Source: Podarcis melisellensis
Lineage: Eukaryota
Assembly (NCBI GenBank): GCA_964234715.1
Contig: OZ174276.1
Strand: one strand, 5' to 3'
DNA: 64,000 nt
Both the position numbers and the translations under genes were made by a program. How positions within the stretch are numbered: the first letter of the stretch is position 1; every line of letters begins with the position of its first letter. The notes under the pieces are model-generated. The model worked only from the letters and a program-made list of their open reading frames with translations. It was not told where the DNA came from and ran no database searches. Shown piece by piece: positions 12,680 to 22,700 of this stretch.

Positions 12680-14193
12680 GACTTCCGGTCCAGCGCGACA
12701 CCGACTCAGGCGGGGATTTCTCCACTGCGGAGAATCCCGAGCTTCTCGGAGGAAAAAGGGGCTCCGCAGGGCGCAGCGGTCCCCTGAAAAGTATCTGGAG
12801 GGTGTGCAGATACACTGGTTCCCGTGGAGCCGTAACGCGGACCTCCCGGACGTCAGGTAACTCCGTTTTTTCGGAGCGAAGAGTACGACGGGGGGAGAAA
12901 CGGGCTGAGGGAAGCCATAGCTCCCTTCGAGAAAGCGAAGCCCCGAGCCTGAAGGGGAAGCGCCGGATTCTCAGAAAAAACAAATTCGAGCTCAAAAAGG
13001 AGGTTATAACTCAGAGTGGTTATTAAAGAATTCGAACAAAAAGGAGGTCAAAAAGAGAGCTCAACCTCTATCTGAAATCATGGCGGACGCAGAGATCTAG
13101 GCAAAGCAGCGAAAAACGTGAGTGTCGCTAGCGGTCGAACTTTTCTCTCCTTGGAAACTTTCCGGAGCATTTGAAACAAAGTAACTGATAAAAGAGGAAA
13201 GTAGAGGAGAGCAACAAGTTACTATATTGCGATCAGCCTGTATATGTTTCGGATCTCCCCAGCCCCCTTACATCGGGAGGCAAGGGAAAGCTGTTAGTTT
13301 CACTTTTAAAAGCTCTGCGCAACGAAAGAACTTATCGGGCTAGAGACTCCATTGTTCCTTTTCGATGGCTGCGTGCCAGGAGGAAGAAGGAGGAGAAAGG
13401 GACTGTCCGTTTGGTTCGGCATTACTACTTAAACTAAACTTAAATAATAACTTTAACTTTTCGAAATAACCCGGCCATCAGCGCAAAAGAGACTTTATTG
13501 TGAACTTAACGGGAAGTGGGGAAGCCTCTTGGTACCTACTTCTCTGTCTCTTCTTTCTTGCATATATTTTTACCATCGGTTTTTTTTTCTTTTTTTCCCT
13601 TCGTCTGGACTCTACCCTCCGATTGCAACCTCCTGGTGGTTGGAAGGAAAATTACAACCTGGTTCTTCTTCTTCTTCTTCTTTTTTTTTTTTTGCTCTTT
13701 TTCTGACTTCTCTGGGAGAACTAATTTCTGAGGTGGGATCTCTATTTGTCGGGAAGAAGTTTAATTGGGACTTATTCTATTGGCGCCCAACCCCCGGAAT
13801 ACTCCATTTACCCAAACTTTTATGGGAATTAGCCCGATTGAGGGCAGGAAGACAAAGAAGGAAGAAATTCTTAAGAGGGTGGCCCCTTAATATATGAAAT
13901 GGATTAGCCTGATTGGTGGCAGGAAGACTCAAGATCAAGTATTGACTGGACTGATACCCTGGACTTTGGACTTAGAAGCTGATAACTAATAACTCTAATC
14001 TGTGGATTAGCCCAAGTGGGGGCAAGAAGAAGGGTCACCGATTGGGGAGACTGACTACTGGTTATAAGCACAATAGGGCCAAAAACAGACTTAAAAGTAC
14101 AACAGACTATAGAATTTAAGGGGCATTGGGGATTGTATTAGGGGGGACTAATTTGACTCTTTGGCAGAAAGGGGGATAAATAAATTGGGCGAA
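12680..14193 (+). promoter_or_regulatory. L1 5'UTR and internal Pol II promoter
   Basis: CpG-dense first ~450 bp; starts GACTTCCGG (ETS motif CCGGAAGT on the minus strand); YY1-like aatcATGGCGG at 13076-13086; (TTC)n/T tract near 13660-13700. Confidence 0.75.
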
Positions 14194-15186
14194 ATGTCGC
14201 ATACACAGAAAAAAAGTGGTGAAGGGGGGACTCCGGGGGAAAGAAAGGGATCCAAACAAGAATCAGATTTTAAAGCGGAAATATTGAAAATGTTTAGTGA
14301 AATTAGGCAGACTGAAAAGAACCTAGAAACAAAAATAGAACAATTAGATACAAAGATTGGCAAAATGGATAAGAAAATAGACGAGACGGTAAATGAATTG
14401 AAAGGACAAATCAAAGAAATATCCAAGAGAACCCATGTGTTAGAGGAGGGAATGAAAAAGACAAAATTGGAAATGAGAGAATTGAAACGGGAAGAGGATA
14501 AAATCAGGGTGGGTCTCATGGAATTCAATAAATCACAAGAAGAAATGTGGGATGCCATCTCCATGAATGAACTTCGACAACGGGAAGTTAATTTAAGGAT
14601 GAGAGGGATACCTGAAATCCACAATGAGAATATTAAACAAAGATTAACAAGAGAACTGGCACAATGGTTGGAACTCCAAGAGGTGGAAGTGGCAAATTCG
14701 ATCCAGAACGCCTTCAGGATGAAGGTAAGAACGACCAAAGCGAAGAAATATCCCGGGGACTGCTTGATAACATTTAAGGATAGAGATATGAGAAACTTGG
14801 TTCTACAAAAAAATAGGGAAAAAAGATTGTCCATAGATGGTTTTTACATAATTATTTTTAAAGACATCCCAATTAAATTGTTGAAACGAAGAGACCCCTA
14901 CAAACCACTGGTACAAATTCTTAAAAAGAACAACATAGAATTCAGATGGGAGTTCCCGGAGGGGATCTCCTTTACCTACAAGAACAAAAGGCACCGACTA
15001 TGCAGCCCAGCGGAGATAGGCAAGTTCCAAAGAAAGTATAAAGAATTAACGGTAGAAGAAGAAGACGAAATGAAAGGAGCAACCGGAGGTACCGCCGCAA
15101 AGATGAAGAATGGAGAGCAACGGGACGAGGAGGGGGAGGAGGAAGTGGAGGAAGAAGAAGAGCAAGAAGAGGAGGAAAGATTATAA
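14194..15186 (+). CDS. L1 ORF1p (coiled coil, RRM, CTD nucleic-acid chaperone), 330 aa from the first ATG
   Basis: Heptad-rich coiled coil, NLRMRGIPE at the RRM start, FRWEFPEGISF in the CTD; lies directly upstream of ORF2. The ORF track starts at an upstream TTG (14161). Confidence 0.92.
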   Translation: MSHTQKKSGEGGTPGERKGSKQESDFKAEILKMFSEIRQTEKNLETKIEQLDTKIGKMDKKIDETVNELKGQIKEISKRTHVLEEGMKKTKLEMRELKREEDKIRVGLMEFNKSQEEMWDAISMNELRQREVNLRMRGIPEIHNENIKQRLTRELAQWLELQEVEVANSIQNAFRMKVRTTKAKKYPGDCLITFKDRDMRNLVLQKNREKRLSIDGFYIIIFKDIPIKLLKRRDPYKPLVQILKKNNIEFRWEFPEGISFTYKNKRHRLCSPAEIGKFQRKYKELTVEEEDEMKGATGGTAAKMKNGEQRDEEGEEEVEEEEEQEEEERL

Positions 15187-15231
15187 AACTTAGGAAAACT
15201 TATTATTTAAATTAATTAATTTGGAAAAAAT

Positions 15232-18200
15232 ATGGCATTAAACATATGGAATTGGAATGTGAATGGACTGAATGAAAAAAAGAAACGGAATAAGGTGGAA
15301 CATCTTTTAAAGAAGAAGAATTTAGACATAATATGTTTACAGGAGACACATATAGCAAAGAAACACAGAAAGATTTTGATCAATAAGAGACTCGGAAACG
15401 AATTTATATCATCAGATAGGGAGAAGAAGAGGGGAGTGATACTGTATGTAAGGAGTAAAATCGAAGCACAACAAATTTTTAAAGACGAAGAAGGAAGACT
15501 TATTGCAGTCCAAATTAATTGGCAAGGTGAGAAAATAATGATTGTCGGGATCTACGCACCTAACGGAAATAAAACTGATTTTTATAAGAATTTGGAAGAA
15601 AAACTGTTGGAATACGCAGACCAGAAGATAATTGTAATGGGAGATATGAACGGAGTGGTGTCAGGAGAGATGGACAGATTGAGAAACAATGGTTCAAAGG
15701 AAGGAAAACTACCCAAAACTTTCTTTGAAATGGTCAAAAATTGTAATCTAATAGATATCTGGAGGTTGCGGCACCCACTGGAGAAACAGTTCACTTTTTA
15801 TTCGGAACCAAATCAGTCAATGTCCAGAATCGACCAAATTTGGATATCAAATGAATTAACGCCAAGAATCCTAGAAGTAGAAATACAACCGAGAGTTATC
15901 TCAGATCATAGCCCCATTAAATTAGAAATTAAAGGATTTGAAGAAAGAACCTATAGATGGAGACTAAATGATTACTTATTGGACGATCGAAAGGTAGTGC
16001 AAGATGCACAGAAGAAATTGAAAGAATACTTTGAAGACAACTGTAATAAAGGAACGAGGATGAACATAGTGTGGGACGCAAGCAAGGCAGTGATGAGAGG
16101 CTTCTTTATACAGCAAAATTCGATTAAGAAGAAAAATCGGGAGAAGGAAAAGAAAGAAATTTTAAAACAAATTATGGAAAATGAACAAAAATTAATCAAG
16201 AACCCAAACAGTGAAAAAATCAAGCAAAGCATCAAGGCTTTACAAACCCAGTTTGCAATGATGATTAATAAGGAGGTGGAATGGAACATTAAAAAACTGA
16301 GACAAAAAAACTTCGAATTCACAAACAAATCAGGAAAATGGCTTGCCTGGCAGATCAAGAAAAGGAAGGAACAAAACACAATAAACAAAATTGAAGTGGG
16401 AGGAACAGAGATAACTAACCCCAAAGATATCAGGAAAGGATTCTTGGAATATTATAGACAACTATATAAAAAGAAAGATAAGAACAATATGAGGAAAATA
16501 GAAAGATATTTAAAAGAGAAAGAGGTGCAAAAGATCCCGACAGAAGCACAAGAAAGGCTGAACACCCCGATTGACACAGAGGAAATAAGAACGATGATAA
16601 AAAAACTGAAAAATGGAAAGGCCCCAGGACCAGACGGCCTTAGTGCAAGATATTACAAAGAATTGGGAATATCCCTGTTGATACCACTGAAAGAAGTAAT
16701 GAACAACATATTGAAGGAAAGAGAAATCCCAGAGACATGGAAGGAGGCACTTATAACTTTTATCCCAAAAGAAGATGTGGACTTATCCCAAGTAAAGAAT
16801 TATAGACCAATTTCATTACTCAACACGGATTACAAAATTTTTACGGGAATTATAGCAGAAAGATTAAAAAAGGTTCTACAAGAAATTATCCATGATGATC
16901 AAGCGGGTTTCCTTCCAAATAGACAGATGAGAGATAATGTGAGAAATGTAATAAATATCCTAGAATATCTATCTGCAAGGAATGAGAAACAAGCAATGTT
17001 GATGTTCGTGGATGCTGAAAAAGCATTTGATAATGTGGCGTGGGATTTCATGTTGAAAAACATCGAGCAGAGAGAAATGGGAAATGACTTTTTTAACGGA
17101 ATAAAAGCAATATACACGGAGCAAAAAGCGAAGCTGCTAGTGAACAACATGATAACAGAGGAGATAAAGATCTCTAAAGGTACTAGACAGGGATGCCCGT
17201 TGTCACCATTATTGTTTGTGCTGGTCCTGGAGGTGCTATTGGACTCAATAAGGAAAAAGGAAAGTATAAAGGGGGTGACAATAGGCCGAAACCAATACAA
17301 AATTAAAGCCTTTGCTGACGACATAGTTTTGATGGCGGAAGACCCGTTGGAGACTGCAGCGGAGATATTGGAAGAAATTGAAAAATTTGGGGAGGTGGCA
17401 GGTTTTATAATAAACAGGAAAAAAACCAAAATTATAGCTAAAAATATGGAAAAAATAACAATGGAGGCATTGCAGCAACAAACAGGTATTGAAATTGTTA
17501 AAAAAGTTAAATACTTGGGAATATGGCTATCCCCAAAAAACATCGATCTGTTCCAAAACAATTATACCCCGGTGTGGAACGGAATTAAGAAGGACCTGGA
17601 AGTGTGGAATAGGCTAAAGTTATCTCTCTGGGGGAGAATCTCTATGATCAAGATGTCAGTGCTGCCAAAGATGCTGTTTTTATTCCAGATGTTACCAATA
17701 CTAAAAGGAGTGGCGATTTTTAAGGAATGGCAAAGGACGATTTCCAGATACATATGGCAGGGCAAAAAGCCGAGAATCAAGTATAAATTACTGACAGATG
17801 CAAAGGAAAGGGGAGGCTTTGCCCTGCCGGATCTGAAGCTATACTACGAAGCATCGTGCCTTTGCTGGTTAAAAGAATGGATTAAACTTAAAAATACAAA
17901 ACTCTTGGATTTGGAAGGATTTGACAACAGATTTGGATGGCACGCATACCTTTGGAAAGAAAAGAAGAAGGGATACAAAACTTTTGAAAATCACATCTTC
18001 CGGAAATCGCTATGGGAAGTTTGGGACAGATATAAAAACATATTGGAAGGGGGGGTGCCACATTGGCTATCACCACTAGAGGTTATGGGGGTCAAAAAAG
18101 TTAATATGAGAAGCGATTGGATTACCTATGGAGACTTAGTAGAGAAAGAAGGAGGAAAGTGGAGATTAAAACCATATGAACAAGTCAAAGAGCATGTTTT

Positions 18201-18993
18201 TGATTGGCTGCACTACCATCAAATAAATGAAATGTTCAAAAGGGATGTGAAAGAAAAGGGGTATAAAGAAAAAGATTCGAGATACCAAACAGAGATAGTG
18301 AACAGCGACTCCAAAACAATTTCCAAAATGTACAAAATCTTGCTGGAATGGCACACAATAGATGAGGAAGTGAAAGTAGTAATGATTCAGTGGGCCAAAG
18401 ATTTAGGATACAATATAGACTTCGACGACTGGCAGAAAATATGGAATGAGAATTTGAAATTTACGGCATGTACCACACTAAAAGAAAATGTAATGAAGAT
18501 GGTTTACAGGTGGTACATGACACCAGCAAAATTGGCAAAAATGTATAAAACCTGTAACAAATGCTGGAGGTGTAAGGAGAAGGAGGGTACGTTCATACAT
18601 ATGTGGTGGGACTGTAAAAAAGTAAGGGGGTTCTGGGAAGCTATATACAACGAACTAAAGAAAATACTAAAATACAGTTTTGCTAAAAAACCAGAAACCT
18701 TCCTTCTAGGCATAACAAGAACGGATATAAGTAGGAGAGATCTTAAACTGTTTCAATATGCTACTGTCGCAGCAAGGACACTGCTAGCACAAAGGTGGAA
18801 ACAAGAAACGGTTCCGACTTTAGAGGAATGGAGGTCAAAACTAATAGATTACGCAGAGTTAGACAAATTAACGGGGAAAATTAGATACAAAAAGGACCAG
18901 AATTTTATTGAGGACTGGGGGAAATTTACAGAGTATTTGGAAAGTATATGTGAGGATAGTACAACGCTAGCGTGTTTTAAAGAGGCTTTGTGA
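15232..18993 (+). CDS. L1 ORF2p: APE endonuclease, reverse transcriptase, CCHC domain (1253 aa)
   Basis: EN motifs NWNVNGL, LQETH, GDMN, SRID, SDH; RT motifs GPDG, RPISLLN, DAEKAFD, QGCPLSP, FADD, KYLG; CWRC..HMWWDC. Confidence 0.97.
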   Translation: MALNIWNWNVNGLNEKKKRNKVEHLLKKKNLDIICLQETHIAKKHRKILINKRLGNEFISSDREKKRGVILYVRSKIEAQQIFKDEEGRLIAVQINWQGEKIMIVGIYAPNGNKTDFYKNLEEKLLEYADQKIIVMGDMNGVVSGEMDRLRNNGSKEGKLPKTFFEMVKNCNLIDIWRLRHPLEKQFTFYSEPNQSMSRIDQIWISNELTPRILEVEIQPRVISDHSPIKLEIKGFEERTYRWRLNDYLLDDRKVVQDAQKKLKEYFEDNCNKGTRMNIVWDASKAVMRGFFIQQNSIKKKNREKEKKEILKQIMENEQKLIKNPNSEKIKQSIKALQTQFAMMINKEVEWNIKKLRQKNFEFTNKSGKWLAWQIKKRKEQNTINKIEVGGTEITNPKDIRKGFLEYYRQLYKKKDKNNMRKIERYLKEKEVQKIPTEAQERLNTPIDTEEIRTMIKKLKNGKAPGPDGLSARYYKELGISLLIPLKEVMNNILKEREIPETWKEALITFIPKEDVDLSQVKNYRPISLLNTDYKIFTGIIAERLKKVLQEIIHDDQAGFLPNRQMRDNVRNVINILEYLSARNEKQAMLMFVDAEKAFDNVAWDFMLKNIEQREMGNDFFNGIKAIYTEQKAKLLVNNMITEEIKISKGTRQGCPLSPLLFVLVLEVLLDSIRKKESIKGVTIGRNQYKIKAFADDIVLMAEDPLETAAEILEEIEKFGEVAGFIINRKKTKIIAKNMEKITMEALQQQTGIEIVKKVKYLGIWLSPKNIDLFQNNYTPVWNGIKKDLEVWNRLKLSLWGRISMIKMSVLPKMLFLFQMLPILKGVAIFKEWQRTISRYIWQGKKPRIKYKLLTDAKERGGFALPDLKLYYEASCLCWLKEWIKLKNTKLLDLEGFDNRFGWHAYLWKEKKKGYKTFENHIFRKSLWEVWDRYKNILEGGVPHWLSPLEVMGVKKVNMRSDWITYGDLVEKEGGKWRLKPYEQVKEHVFDWLHYHQINEMFKRDVKEKGYKEKDSRYQTEIVNSDSKTISKMYKILLEWHTIDEEVKVVMIQWAKDLGYNIDFDDWQKIWNENLKFTACTTLKENVMKMVYRWYMTPAKLAKMYKTCNKCWRCKEKEGTFIHMWWDCKKVRGFWEAIYNELKKILKYSFAKKPETFLLGITRTDISRRDLKLFQYATVAARTLLAQRWKQETVPTLEEWRSKLIDYAELDKLTGKIRYKKDQNFIEDWGKFTEYLESICEDSTTLACFKEAL

Positions 18994-19400
18994 AAGTAGA
19001 AGGAGTATTGTCAAAAGGCAAGCAAAGATAGAAACATAATACTTAATGGCAATATAAAATTAAGGAATGTGAAGAGAGGATTGGAAATACGAAAGATTGT
19101 CAGAAAGGTTGGGGGAGGTCCAAGTAAGGCTAAATATGTGATATATAAATGGATTTGTTTATTGCTTTTTATGGAAAACTTTAATAAAATTTATATATAT
19201 AAAAGGATACAGGTCCCACAGTCTCTTATAGCAGGAAGGGCACTCATTTTGTAAACTTTCAGCCGGGCTGTGTGTAGCAAGGAATAGGCAGACTCTCTAG
19301 ATAACTCCAAGTTGAAGTTTCTATTTGTCTTCAGAGCCTCCATGGTTCCCACTAACAGCCATGTTAGAACTAAGTGTGTCATTTGCCCACCTATAAAGCA

Positions 19401-19747
19401 GGGAGGCGGGTGGCGCTGTGGGTTAAACCACAGAGCCTAGGACTTGCTGATCAGAAGGTCGGCGGTTCGAATCCCCACGATGGGGTGAGATCCCATTGTT
19501 CAGTCCCATCTCCTGCCCACCTAGCAGTTTGAAAGCACGTCAAAGTCCAATTAGATAAATGGGTACTGCTCCGGCGGGAAGGTAAACTGTTTCCATGCGC
19601 TGCTCTGGTTTGCCATGCTGGCCACATGACCTGGAAGCTGTGTGCGGACAAATGCCGGCTCCCTCGGCCTATAGAGCGAGATGAGTGCGCAACCCCAGAG
19701 GTGTCCGCGACTGGACCTAATGGTTGGGGTGCCTATACCTTTACTTT
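19401..19747 (+). mobile_element. Sauria SINE
   Basis: gggaggcgggtggcgctgtgggttaaacc head, B box ggttcgaatccc, acctttacttt tail; TSD taaagcaggga at 19394-19404 (overlapping the head) and 19748-19758. Confidence 0.92.
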
Positions 19748-22700
19748 TAAAGCAGGGATAAGAACACACAAAGCCTGTTTATTTTTAATGGAGAATCAGC
19801 CTTATATAACCAACATTCTTAAATCTAATTAATGCATGAAGGGGTTAAGACCATAGAGTAAGCTGTCCTCTAAGGCTTAGTTAGGAAGAGGTATCAAGAT
19901 TTGTTCTTCACATTCCACCATGTGGACCCTACCAAGAAGGAGGTCTGGGCTGGTTGCTCCAAGCCCAAACCATGTGGCTTAAGCAAGCCATCCTTGTGTT
20001 TCTATACAAATAATTTAGAAACATCTACCACTTTGGAACCTTAGTTATACTGCCTGTGTTCTTACTGCTGTATGGTAAAGCACATGAATCTGACTTTTGA
20101 AGAGTTTGTAAGTAAACCATTTTTAACTTACCAAATGTGTGGTCTATTTCTACGCTTAGAGAAGTGGGGAACTTTGGAAGTAACTTAGAAGGGGATGTTT
20201 TAAAGGTCTAACAGCCTATATTTCCACACTTTTTCCTTTAAACAAGTTCAAAAAACCAACAATTTTCACAACATTGTGGTAAGGGGAGCCTGTGTGCTCT
20301 TATCCCAACTTTTATCATTATTATTAAAAGCACATTTATTCAAAAGTTCACCTTTGTCCACTGCCATAATACCACAGAACGACCACTCCAATCCTCAATC
20401 CCTCATCCCTCTCAATGTTGGCTCATCAAATACCCTCAATAGGAACCAAAGTACACAACCAAATTGAACAATTTCTACATAAATCATTCTAAGATCTAAA
20501 ATACACACACACATACATACAAATATATGGCTTTGCTTAGAGTTCCTCTGGTGTTTAACCTGGGGAGAAACCTCCAACTGTGCTTTAGGTATCACTTCAG
20601 GCAAAAATTTGGTGAAAGAAAGTTCACCTGGTCAGAGCAATTATTTCCTTGACTTAGCCACTTGATAGATCACCTGAACCAGCTATATGAGACAGCAAAG
20701 AATATCATGACTCCTTTGTCTTCCCCAGCTCGAAAAGAAAAGTCAGAAGTAATTGTGGGGTCACTTTATAAATCTAGGGCTTATCAGATTTATCCCAATT
20801 GTTAAAGGGAGAGAAAAAATAAGAAGGGCTACTGGAATGATTTCTGCTATTTTGCATTTCAGCAGAACAGAACAAGATGGGGTGCTTCCCCCCTTTTTTT
20901 AGGTAGCTACTCATATGAGGACATTTACAATGTTTTTTTAAAGTCTCTGTCATTTCTGGAAACAGTTCTCCATAAGACGCTCTTGAGTCTAGTCTGAGTA
21001 TAATTTAGATTTGAATGTCTCCTGGCAGATTTGTGGCACACATAAGAACATCAGAAGTGGCTGCTGGAACAGGTAAACAATCCATCTAGTTCCACATCCT
21101 GGTCAACCAGATACACGTAGGAAACCGGCAAGTAAGACCTATCATTAATCCCACCAGTAGTACTTATACCTTAGTGGTGAACAGGCAGATGGGAGGAAAG
21201 AATTACATTCTATGGAGGTGAGTGCCAGTGGACAATTGCACGACTCATAGCCCCTTATAGTCCCACAATGAGAGCTACTGGCCACATTCTGACTATAATG
21301 TGGCATGTGTTTGACTGCTTGGCAAAAGAAGACAGGGATAGTCTGGCAGCAGGACTGAGAATGACTTGCTTTTGTTTGTGTTTGTTTGTTTTCCCCCTCA
21401 TATCAAGAGTGTATTGTTCCCCAGAGGCACTTCCTAGCCTTTGAGAAGGCCTGAACTAAGTGCCTTTGGGGCCTTGATTAAGTATTTATCTGCATTCCCA
21501 AAACATGGTGTCATCACAATTAAGGCCACGAGAAAGCAGCCAATTTGGGGCATGTACCAGGAGCAGAGATTGCTGGCTGTGTGTACGGAAGGGAGCAAAG
21601 GGCCTGTTATTGAGCCCTGTGGGACTTTAACCATCCACCCTTCCAGAACATGCTTCAGAATCCAATCAACATTTGCTCTCCTTTAAGTGGTTTACAGCTA
21701 TCTGTAAGCAGCGTGTGTGCTGATGCCTGTTAATTAATATACCGGAGTCAACAGAAGCACATGCTGCATTGCAATTGAGCAAGATGGCAGGCTGAAGGAC
21801 TCCTGCCTTGAGTAGCGAAGACAGTGTGTGTGATGGTGCCGTCGGGCAGGAGCTCTAGGAGCCCAGTTTGAAAAGAGGAGGGAAGGAGGAATGAAAAGGG
21901 CTGAAGCTTACCTGAAAGCTAGCATTGCCTGCCTGCGGTTGAGAAATATGAACTGCATGTAATCATATCTTGACTTAGAAAGCTGGGATGTGGATAGGAT
22001 TTTGGCTGCACATTTAGCTCTTTTGCTCCCTTCCTTTGCGTGAGTGGCTGTGTGAGCAAGCAAACAAAGCAGGAAGTTTTCTACTAGTGATAGTTTACTG
22101 TTTCATCCATACCGGAAAAATATGGTTGGAAGCAAGCCAGGATATTAAACCGTGGGTTTGAAATTGATACCATGCTCCATTTTTCATTCAAAATGGCTGC
22201 TAGGCTATAACAACTCTAAGTATGAAGTCATAAGAGAAAAGCATCAATAAACCTCACTAGGAATCAAAGCTTAAGAGGAATAAAAGATGCAATGCAATTA
22301 TCTTTAAAAAAAACCACCACCCTATAGTTTTTAAAAGAAAACTTTTTACAACACATATGGAGATTATACACTTAAGAACTGTTCAAGGAAGTGTCATAGT
22401 TTATGATGTTTATGCAGATGTTCACTCTCCAGGTGGGCTGGGAAAGACTCCTGTATGAACCCCGGAGAGTCATTGCTAGCCCAATGATCTAACTTGTTAA
22501 GGCAGCTTCATAAGTTCATGCCGCACACTCCATCCCAGACTCCCCGCCATGCTGATCATCTGCCTAACAACAGAACTAGTGCACATTTTGGAGACTGGAT
22601 TGTGAGGTTCCTCCTTTTGCAATGGATGCCTCAAAGAAAATGCGGCCTGCTGTGCTCCTGATTTTGTGCTCCAGTTGCTGAAATGGGACTGTTGGCACTT

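Larger units (their letters stand above)
12680..19201 (+). mobile_element. Full-length L1 LINE (copy B), both ORFs intact
   Basis: Perfect 16-bp TSD aaaggatacaggtccc at 12664-12679 and 19202-19217; 5'UTR, ORF1, 45-bp spacer, ORF2, about 200-bp 3'UTR, AATAAA at 19183-19188. Confidence 0.97.

Noticed and set aside
12600-12995. 131-aa antisense ORF in the L1 5'UTR as an analogue of primate ORF0
   Set aside because: TTG start, GC-rich stop-poor sequence, runs out of the element into flanking DNA, and has no recognisable motifs.
14148-17780. Long antisense ORFs (228, 150 and 220 aa) opposite ORF1 and ORF2
   Set aside because: Shadow ORFs rich in F/L/S/I, explained by the A-rich codon bias of the L1 sense strand.
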